A stretch of 64,000 nucleotides of DNA, taken from assembly GCF_000519205.1 (NCBI RefSeq), contig NZ_JAFB01000005.1, positions 37,724-101,723 of the forward strand. The letters are read 5' to 3'. The notes below the pieces were generated by a model, which was given only the letters and a program-made list of their open reading frames with translations, made no database searches and was not told the DNA's origin. The position numbers and the translations under genes were made by a program. This stretch comes from Amycolatopsis taiwanensis DSM 45107 (GTDB lineage Bacteria; Actinomycetota; Actinomycetes; Mycobacteriales; Pseudonocardiaceae). Position 1 is the stretch's first letter; each line of letters begins with the position of its first letter. Shown piece after piece: positions 57,535 to 64,000 of the stretch.

Positions 57535-57814
57535 GCCGACGCCCGCGCGCCAGCAGCAGGAGGGCGGCCGGCAGGAGTACGCCGAGCGCAAGAGACACGG
57601 TCTGGGAAATGGCGGCGGACAAGGAAAAGCCGTCCAGGTGCGTGAGGTGGAAGAAGAAGTGCGGAACCGCGAAGACCAGACTCGCGGCCAGGGCGGTGCG
57701 GATCATCAGGCGGTCCATGGTCACCGCCGCGACGGCGAGCATCAGCACGTACGCCAGGGTGAGCGCTCCAACGTCGCGCATCAGGTGCTCGCTGTACGGC
57801 GGCTCCAGCGACAC
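57491..57814 (-). CDS. hypothetical small membrane protein
   Basis: A 107-aa protein with three TM helices. Its 3' end overlaps the 56974..57534 ORF by 44 bp. Confidence 0.4.
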   Translation of the reverse strand: MSLEPPYSEHLMRDVGALTLAYVLMLAVAAVTMDRLMIRTALAASLVFAVPHFFFHLTHLDGFSLSAAISQTVSLALGVLLPAALLLLARGRRLSDARGTARPAGGE

Positions 57815-57845
57815 CCACGGGAAGTCGTTGACAGTCGCTGCACGG

Positions 57846-58949
57846 TCAGGTGAGCCGGACCGGGTTCACCAGGTCCGCCGCGATCGTCAACAGCATCACG
57901 GCACCACCGACGAGGACGACGACCATGGTCGCGCCGAGGAGCTTCGTATAGTCCACCGGGCCGGCCGCCGCCTTGCCGAACAGGCGGCGAACACCGTTGC
58001 GCACCCGCTCGTACCAGATCACCGCGACATGCCCGCCGTCCAGCGGCAGCAACGGCAGCAGGTTGAGCACACCCATGAAGAAGTTGAAGCTGGCCAGCAG
58101 CAGGAAGAACAACGGCCACAACCCCTGCTGCACCGCCTCACCACCGATCCGGCTCATCCCGACCACACTCACCGGGGTGTTCGGATCGCGCTCGCCGCCG
58201 AAGATCGAATGGGCCACGGCGGGGATGCGCTGGGGGAGTTCGATCAGCCGCTGCCAGGTCTGGCCGAACATCTGGCCGGTGAAGCCCGCCACGCCACCGA
58301 CCGCCGTGACAGCGTTGTATTCGTAGACGCCCGGGAACGTGACGCCGATTGCGCCGTCCCGCACGTCCACGTTCAGCGGGACCGGCTCCCCCTGCCGGAG
58401 CACCTCGACCGGGGTCGGCCCGTTCGACTGCCGCAGCGCGGCGATGACCTCGGGGTAGGTCGGGGTGTCCCGCCTGGCCACCGCGACGATCCGGTCCCCG
58501 GGCTGAACGCCCGCCGCCTGCGCGGGTGCGCCGCTGGTCACCGTCGCCACGTCCGGGGTCCCGGCGAGGTTCGGCAGGCCCATGGTGGTGGCCATCGCGT
58601 ACAGCACGACCAACCCGAGGAGGAAGTGGGACACCGGCCCCGCCGCCATCACCACGGTGCGCTGCCACGCCTTGAACCGCCACATCGCGCGGGGCACCTC
58701 GTCGGGCTTGACCTCGTCCAGGGTGGTCATTCCGGCGATGTCGCAGAACCCGCCGAGCGGGAGCCATTTCAGCCCGTATTCGGTGCCGCCGCGGCGGAAC
58801 GAGAACAATGTGGGCCCATATCCGATGAAATAGCGGCGAACCTTCATGCCGAAGGACTTCGCGGCCAGCAGATGCCCTGCCTCGTGGAGCGCCACGGACA
58901 GGCAGATGCACAGCACGAACAGCACGACCCCGAATGCGTAGGCGAGCAT
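57846..58949 (-). CDS. site-2 protease, M50 family (RseP/Rip1-like) with PDZ domain
   Basis: HEAGH is the zinc motif, and the LDGG motif lies near the C-terminus. Confidence 0.85.
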   Translation of the reverse strand: MLAYAFGVVLFVLCICLSVALHEAGHLLAAKSFGMKVRRYFIGYGPTLFSFRRGGTEYGLKWLPLGGFCDIAGMTTLDEVKPDEVPRAMWRFKAWQRTVVMAAGPVSHFLLGLVVLYAMATTMGLPNLAGTPDVATVTSGAPAQAAGVQPGDRIVAVARRDTPTYPEVIAALRQSNGPTPVEVLRQGEPVPLNVDVRDGAIGVTFPGVYEYNAVTAVGGVAGFTGQMFGQTWQRLIELPQRIPAVAHSIFGGERDPNTPVSVVGMSRIGGEAVQQGLWPLFFLLLASFNFFMGVLNLLPLLPLDGGHVAVIWYERVRNGVRRLFGKAAAGPVDYTKLLGATMVVVLVGGAVMLLTIAADLVNPVRLT

Positions 58950-59325
58950 CGGCCAACTTTGTCATCCGTCGTGTACAGCGCGCGTTGTGCCGGCGGGCGT
59001 GCCGGAAACAATGCCTACTTTCGGAGTAACCCGCTCGGCGGGAAATGGAATTCGCCGTGCCGGAAACTACCGCGGCGGGTCCGGCTGCGGCGGGATCGGC
59101 GGCTCGGGCTCCGGCGGCGTAGGCGGCTGGGGCGGCGTCGGGGGCCGGGGTGGCTCCGGTGGCGACGGCTCGGGTCCGGGCCCGGGCAGGGGTGGTTCCC
59201 GATCGGGGCCGGGAAGCGGGGGTTCGGGGCCAGGTGGAACCGGGTGAACCATGGCGTACTCCCTTTCGTGCTTCGATCGGGACTTACCACCCGGCCAAGC
59301 AGGCCAAACCGCCTAAGCTTGACCT

Positions 59326-59598
59326 ATGCGCCGACGCCGTCCGGTGACCGAGGTGCCCGATGTGGTGGGGCTGGGCTCCCAGGACGCATGCGAGATCCTC
59401 CGCGGAGCACGGCTGGTCCCGCGGGGCCCCGAGGGCGAGGACGAACCGGGGCCGGGTGTGGTCGTGGCCCAGGCCCCGGTCGCTTCGGCGGGCGCGGAAG
59501 AGGGCAGCGAGGTGGTCCTGTGGACCCAACTCGGCCCCGAAACGGCGGCGGATCTCCTGCCGCCGACGCCGGCCGAATCGGCGCTGGCCCCGGTCTGA
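59326..59598 (+). CDS. small PASTA-domain protein
   Basis: VPDVVGLGSQDACEILRGARL...VVAQAPVASAGAEEGSEVVLW matches the PASTA fold pattern. Confidence 0.6.
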   Translation: MRRRRPVTEVPDVVGLGSQDACEILRGARLVPRGPEGEDEPGPGVVVAQAPVASAGAEEGSEVVLWTQLGPETAADLLPPTPAESALAPV

Positions 59599-59640
59599 GG
59601 GGCAGCGGCACGCGGCCCGCTTTGTCAAGCCCTCGGCGTC

Positions 59641-59687
59641 ATGAGTGACCCGTTACCGTCGAAAAACGGGAGCAACTGGTCACTCGT
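59641..59687. repeat. 47-bp hairpin repeat, copy 2
   Basis: atgagtgacccgttaccgtcgaaaaacgggagcaactggtcactcgt, between convergent gene ends. Confidence 0.75.
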
Positions 59688-59761
59688 GCAGGTCCAGACC
59701 GTTCACTTCAGTACCTACACCAACGCACGTTCAACTCTTCGACGGGCGCGAGTCGCGATGG

Positions 59762-60043
59762 TTACTTGCCCGCGTTGGCGGACGCCAGGCCCGGCGGCGC
59801 GGCCGCGAGGGCGCGATGGATGGCGTCCGCGAGCGCCAGCGCGGCCTCCTCGGTGAGCTCCACCGGGACCCGGGCCGACGGCCCCTCCTCGGGGTTCAGG
59901 AAGTCGATGTTGACCGTGTGCGCGTAGGGCGCGTGAACCGGGTGGTCGACATAGACCGTGGCGTGGGACAGCGAGAACCAGCCCTTCGACGCGGACTTCC
60001 CGCTGCCCTCGATCTCGATCTTCTCGGTCTGATAGGTGCACAT
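59762..60043 (-). CDS. hypothetical protein
   Basis: A 93-aa ORF (MCTYQTEKIEIEGSGKS...) with plausible composition. Confidence 0.45.
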   Translation of the reverse strand: MCTYQTEKIEIEGSGKSASKGWFSLSHATVYVDHPVHAPYAHTVNIDFLNPEEGPSARVPVELTEEAALALADAIHRALAAAPPGLASANAGK

Positions 60044-60072
60044 GGGCTTTCCCCTCAGGAGGTACTGGACTC

Positions 60073-60810
60073 TTACAGATGCTGGCCGAAGAACTCGAAG
60101 ATGCGCTGCCAGCCATCGACCGCCGCCGCCTGCCGGTAGGAAGGCCGGTCGACCGAGAAGAAGGCGTGCCCCGCGCCGTCGTAGGTGTGGAACTCGTGCT
60201 GCTTGCCGAGGCGGTCCAACTCGGCGGAGAGCTTGGCGGTCTCCTCCGGCGCGGGGTACTGGTCGTCCGCGCCGAACAGGCCCAGCAGCGGGCAGGAAAG
60301 TTGCGGCGCCAGGCCGAGCAGCGGTTTCATCGTCGTCGGCATTCCGGCGGGCGGATCGTTGACGACAAAGGCGCCGTAGCAGTCGACCGCCGCGTCGATC
60401 TTCAAGCTGCAGGCGGCGAGGAACGTCTGCCGGCCACCGGAGCAGTGCCCGATGACGCCGATCTTGCCGTTGGAGTTCTCCAGCGACTTCAGGTATCGCG
60501 CCGCGCCGTCCACGTCGCCGACGAGCCGCTCGTCCGGCACGCCCCCGGCCGCGCGCACGGTGGCCGCGGCGTCGTCGGGATCCGCGCCGGGCGCCTCACG
60601 TGAATACAGGTTGGGGCACAAGGCGTTGTACCCGTGCACCGCGAACCTGCGGACCATCTCCTTCGTGGCCGCGTCGTACCCCGGCATGTGGTGGATGACG
60701 ACCACGCCACCCCGAGCCGCGGAGTCCAGCGGCCTGGCCAGGTATGCCTCGATCTGGTCCCCGTCGTGGCCGGCGATCGTGATCGTCTCGGCCTGCATCG
60801 CATCGCTCAT
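60073..60810 (-). CDS. dienelactone hydrolase family protein
   Basis: IGVIGHCSGG is the nucleophile elbow, with downstream Asp/His. Confidence 0.85.
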   Translation of the reverse strand: MSDAMQAETITIAGHDGDQIEAYLARPLDSAARGGVVVIHHMPGYDAATKEMVRRFAVHGYNALCPNLYSREAPGADPDDAAATVRAAGGVPDERLVGDVDGAARYLKSLENSNGKIGVIGHCSGGRQTFLAACSLKIDAAVDCYGAFVVNDPPAGMPTTMKPLLGLAPQLSCPLLGLFGADDQYPAPEETAKLSAELDRLGKQHEFHTYDGAGHAFFSVDRPSYRQAAAVDGWQRIFEFFGQHL

Positions 60811-60884
60811 GGGGCCAGCGTGCCACTAAGCGACGCGCTGATCACGGTCCGAGACAAGAGTGAATCCGGCTATGCGCCGAGCGG

Positions 60885-61004
60885 TCACTCCGCGTCGGGG
60901 GGCTCCTCGTCCGGACTCTCCTCGAGAAGCCGTTCGAGACCGAACTCCTCGGTCAGCGCGGCGAAGATCGGGGTGGTCTCCAAATCCTGCTGGGTCACGC
61001 TCAT
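60885..61004 (-). CDS. candidate 39-aa acidic small protein upstream of the dienelactone hydrolase
   Basis: MSVTQQDLETTPIFAALTEEFGLERLLEESPDEEPPDAE. A GGGGG RBS sits 8 nt upstream of the ATG. The ORF is below the ORF-track length cutoff. Confidence 0.35.
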   Translation of the reverse strand: MSVTQQDLETTPIFAALTEEFGLERLLEESPDEEPPDAE

Positions 61005-61166
61005 GTCGGTTCTGCCCCCTGAATAGTTCTCCGGCATGTTAACTCGCGGTAAGCATACCTACTCACGGTGAGCAATCGGGCGGCGGCGGAGAAACTTCAC
61101 ACAGATCGCGGCCATGACAAGCGGGCGCGTCCGGGACCATAATGAAGCGGTAGAGGCGGTGCGACG

Positions 61167-61451
61167 ATGGCACTTCATGGCGAAGAGCAGCGGCGACTGT
61201 CCGAAATCGAACGGCAGCTCGCCGAGGAGAATCCGCGACTGGCCCAGCGGCTTGCCGAACTGCGGCCGATGCGGATTTCTGGCGTGGTCCTGGCCGTTCT
61301 CGGCGTGCTGTGCGCACCGCCGATCGGCTTGCTGGTGCTGACCGCGGCCGCCCAGACACACTCGCCGTTCCTCATGGTCCTCGGCACCGTACTGGCCGCA
61401 GTGGTGCCCACGGCGATCATCTGGCGCACCTGGCTACACCGGCTGCGTTAG
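61167..61451 (+). CDS. DUF3040-family membrane protein
   Basis: LHGEEQRRLSEIERQLAEENPRLAQRL, followed by two TM helices. Confidence 0.75.
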   Translation: MALHGEEQRRLSEIERQLAEENPRLAQRLAELRPMRISGVVLAVLGVLCAPPIGLLVLTAAAQTHSPFLMVLGTVLAAVVPTAIIWRTWLHRLR

Positions 61452-61951
61452 CCCCGCTGTCGGCCACCACCCTGAACGGTCGCGTGGTGGCGCGAGATGC
61501 GCCGCGGGACGAGAAACCACAGGATGGCGAACATCACGCCGATCAGGCCGCCCACGACGCCCATCACCACCGTCCCGTAAACCACGTTCACGATCAGTGC
61601 CACGGTCACCGTGACCGCGGCGGCCAGGCAGGCCAGCCCGGCCAGCACGGCGCGGTTCGCGGACGCCACGATCTCCCAGCGGTGGCCGGTGCGGAACAGG
61701 ATGCGGTGCCAGGCCGCGGGGGCCGTCAGCAGCACGGTCGACGACGCGGTCAGCACCACCGCGACCAGGTGGAGCGCCTTCTCGAGGCCACTGGCCTGAC
61801 GAAACGGGACCGTGAAGACCACCGCCAGCAGGAACCCGAACAGGATCTGCACCCCGGCCTGCGCCACCCGGAGTTCGCTGAGCAACTCGCTGACGTTGCG
61901 TGCAAGCCGCTGTTTCGGCGTCTCCTCGTCCTCGGCCGGCATGACAACCAC
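61448..61951 (-). CDS. DUF6328-family membrane protein
   Basis: ELLSELRVAQAGVQILFGFLLAVVFT, plus two further TM helices. Confidence 0.65.
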   Translation of the reverse strand: MVVMPAEDEETPKQRLARNVSELLSELRVAQAGVQILFGFLLAVVFTVPFRQASGLEKALHLVAVVLTASSTVLLTAPAAWHRILFRTGHRWEIVASANRAVLAGLACLAAAVTVTVALIVNVVYGTVVMGVVGGLIGVMFAILWFLVPRRISRHHATVQGGGRQRG

Positions 61952-62016
61952 ACTAGGCGCGGTTGAACCGGCCTACGCACGTCGATTCACGCATTTGAAC
62001 ATCTAGGGTACTGGCC

Positions 62017-62865
62017 ATGGAACTGATTCGACTTGGTGAGCCGGGCCGGGAACGTCCCGCGGTGCGCCACGACGGCGCGACCTTCGACCTCGGCACGCTG
62101 ACCGCCGACCTGACCGGCGACTTCCTCGCCGAGGGCGGCCTCGACCGGGTCTCCTCGGCGCTGGCCGCGGGCACCTTGTCCACAGTGGACGAGTCGGGGC
62201 AGCGGCTCGGGGCGCCGGTGGCGAAACCGAGCGCGGTGGTCTGCATCGGGCAGAACTATGCGGCACACGCGGCCGAGTCGGGTTCTCCGCCGCCCGAACG
62301 CCCGATCATCTTCTTCAAGCACCCCAACACCGTCGTGGGACCCAACGACGACGTGCTGATCCCGCCCGGTGCGACCAAGGTCGACTGGGAGGTCGAACTC
62401 GCCGTCGTAATCGGCCGGCCCGCGCGCTACCTCGAATCCCACGACCAGGCCTTGGCATGCGTCGCCGGGTACACCGTCAGCAACGACGTGTCGGAGCGGT
62501 CGCTGCAGCTGGAGCAGTCCGGCGGGCAGTGGTCGAAGGGCAAGTGCGCGGAGACGTTCAACCCGCTCGGGCCGGTGCTCGTGCCGGCCGCCGACGTCGA
62601 CGACCCCCAGCGGCTCGGCCTGCGCTCGTGGGTCAACGGCGAGCCGCGCCAGAACTCCTCGACCGCGGACATGATCTTCTCGGTGGCCAAGCTGATCCAC
62701 GACCTGTCCCAGTACATGGTGCTCGAACCCGGTGACGTGGTGAACACCGGCACCCCGGAGGGGGTCGCGCTCTCCGGCCGCTTCCCCTACCTCGAGCCGG
62801 GTGACGTGATGGAGCTCGAGATCGACGGGCTGGGACGCCAGCGTTCGGTGCTCAAGAGCGCCTGA
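62017..62865 (+). CDS. fumarylacetoacetate hydrolase (FAH) family protein
   Basis: The conserved core is KVDWEVELAVVIGR and GTPEGV. Confidence 0.85.
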   Translation: MELIRLGEPGRERPAVRHDGATFDLGTLTADLTGDFLAEGGLDRVSSALAAGTLSTVDESGQRLGAPVAKPSAVVCIGQNYAAHAAESGSPPPERPIIFFKHPNTVVGPNDDVLIPPGATKVDWEVELAVVIGRPARYLESHDQALACVAGYTVSNDVSERSLQLEQSGGQWSKGKCAETFNPLGPVLVPAADVDDPQRLGLRSWVNGEPRQNSSTADMIFSVAKLIHDLSQYMVLEPGDVVNTGTPEGVALSGRFPYLEPGDVMELEIDGLGRQRSVLKSA

Positions 62866-62936
62866 CCTTTCCCCGACCAGGCCACCTCCGCCGGCTCCCG
62901 GCGTGGGTGGCCTTTTCGTTCCCGGCATGAGTGAGG

Positions 62937-62983
62937 AGTTCGTACCGCTTTTCGACAGTAACGAGTCACTCATAACAGCTTGG
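62937..62983. repeat. 47-bp hairpin repeat, copy 3 (inverted orientation)
   Basis: Its reverse complement, atgagtgactcgttactgtcgaaaagcggtacgaactcctcactcat, aligns at about 39 of 47 positions to copy 1. Confidence 0.75.
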
Positions 62984-63052
62984 GCTTGGCAGGCCGAGCT
63001 TGCCCTCTGGCTCTCTGTTCTATAAGTTGTAGAGCAGATGACTGGAGGGATC

Positions 63053-64000
63053 ATGAAAGTACTGCTCGCGGCCTGCACCGCGGCGTGGATCGCCACGAGC
63101 GGCACCGCCACCGCCACGGCGCAGCCGCTCGTGCCGGCCGCCGACCGGGACGTGCGGTTCGTCGCCGACGGCACGATCACCTACGGCACCGTGCACGTGC
63201 CCGCCCACCGACCGGGCGCCCGGCTGCCCGCGGCCCTGCTGATCCCGGGCAGCGGGCCCACCGACCGGGACGGGAACGAGCCGGGCCTCGCCCCGGCCAC
63301 GCTCCGGCTCATCGCGGAAACCCTCGGCGACGACGGCGTGATGACGCTGCGTTTCGACAAGTACGGCACCGGAAAGACCGGGCTCGGCCGCTACCAGGAC
63401 GACCCGTCACGGCTCGACATGGAGTCCTTCACCCGCCAGGCCGGCGTCGCGTACGCCACGCTGCGCGCCCAGCCGGAAGCCGATTCGCGGGCGATGCTCA
63501 TCGTCGGTCACAGCGAAGGCGGGTTGCAGGCATTACTCGTCGCGCGGCAGGGACACCCCGCCGCGATCGCGCTCCTCGCGCCCCAAGACCTGCGCCTGCT
63601 CGACCTGCTGAAACTGCAGATCTCCGAACAGATCGACGCCGCGTTGGCCGCGGGCGCGCTTACCGCCGCGGAGGCGGAAGCGAACAAGTCGGGCCTGACC
63701 CGGGTGATCGCGCAGTTCCGCGACGGGGCGCAGCCGGACTACACCGGCATGACGGCCGACCTCGTCACCTTCCTGCAGCAAGCCATCTTCAGCTCGGTCA
63801 ACGCACGGTTCGTCCGCAGCGACGACGCGATCTATCCGCCGGACGTCGCCCGCACCGTCCATACCCGCGCGATGGTCACCTGCGGCACCGCGGACACGCA
63901 GGTTCCTTGCTGGACGACGGCTCCGTTGCTGGCCGCGCTGCCCACGCCGGAACCGCGCGTCCTGCCCGGCATAGACCACTTCCTGCACACCGCGGGCACC
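63053..64000 (+). CDS. secreted alpha/beta hydrolase, 3'-partial (runs off window)
   Basis: It has a GGAGGG RBS, signal peptide MKVLLAACTAAWIATSGTATATA and nucleophile elbow GHSEGG. There is no stop before the window end. Confidence 0.75.
   Translation, partial: MKVLLAACTAAWIATSGTATATAQPLVPAADRDVRFVADGTITYGTVHVPAHRPGARLPAALLIPGSGPTDRDGNEPGLAPATLRLIAETLGDDGVMTLRFDKYGTGKTGLGRYQDDPSRLDMESFTRQAGVAYATLRAQPEADSRAMLIVGHSEGGLQALLVARQGHPAAIALLAPQDLRLLDLLKLQISEQIDAALAAGALTAAEAEANKSGLTRVIAQFRDGAQPDYTGMTADLVTFLQQAIFSSVNARFVRSDDAIYPPDVARTVHTRAMVTCGTADTQVPCWTTAPLLAALPTPEPRVLPGIDHFLHTAGT

Overview
This is a 64 kb stretch of high-GC (about 70%) actinomycete chromosome. Its codon usage and gene content resemble Pseudonocardiaceae or Streptomyces. 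It reads as a mosaic 'accessory' region. Ordinary metabolic and regulatory genes are interleaved with decayed mobile DNA and several unusual non-coding structures.

Recognisable blocks:
- A MarR/MFS efflux pair.
- An NADPH-FMN reductase with an XRE/MmyB-type regulator.
- An MGT-family glycosyltransferase.
- An IS30 transposase remnant next to a DUF222/HNH (REP13E12-like) gene.
- An ECF sigma/anti-sigma pair in which the sigma gene is frameshifted inside a (CGGGC)3 pentanucleotide repeat.
- A four-gene iron-siderophore ABC uptake operon with a candidate IdeR iron box.
- A TetR/enoyl-CoA hydratase module.
- A ferredoxin/ferredoxin-reductase pair.
- A complete phosphonate utilisation cluster: GntR, a PhnX-like HAD hydrolase, a Zn-ADH, a TIGR03364-like FAD oxidoreductase and PhnDCE.
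- A Ser/Thr kinase.
- tRNA-Lys(UUU) followed by two tandem att-core duplications that bound decayed islets, one carrying a VapBC-like remnant.
- A penicillin-acylase-family gene.
- An RseP-like site-2 protease.
- Assorted hydrolases.

The most unusual content is at 27.9-28.3 kb. A 306-bp imperfect palindrome is built from 21-bp tandem units: five inverted degenerate units, a perfect 14-bp inverted-repeat centre, then eight direct units. It sits directly upstream of a co-directional six-gene cluster: a transglutaminase-like protease, two zinc-ribbon proteins, an NfeD-like protein, flotillin and a 1639-aa protein with a C-terminal MoxR/AAA_5-type ATPase. The cluster ends convergent with a DUF2235 (Tle1-like) hydrolase. 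I regard this flotillin-associated module plus the iteron-like array as the best candidate for an undescribed system.

Other structure-level observations:
- A dispersed 47-bp hairpin repeat family with three copies.
- Two cases where the last ~30-43 bp of a gene are duplicated 1.3-1.6 kb downstream, flanking TetR-containing segments.
- An internally deleted IMPDH-family pseudogene.
- A disrupted MerR/GyrI pseudogene.

All calls are from reading the sequence and ORF translations. No database searches were run.
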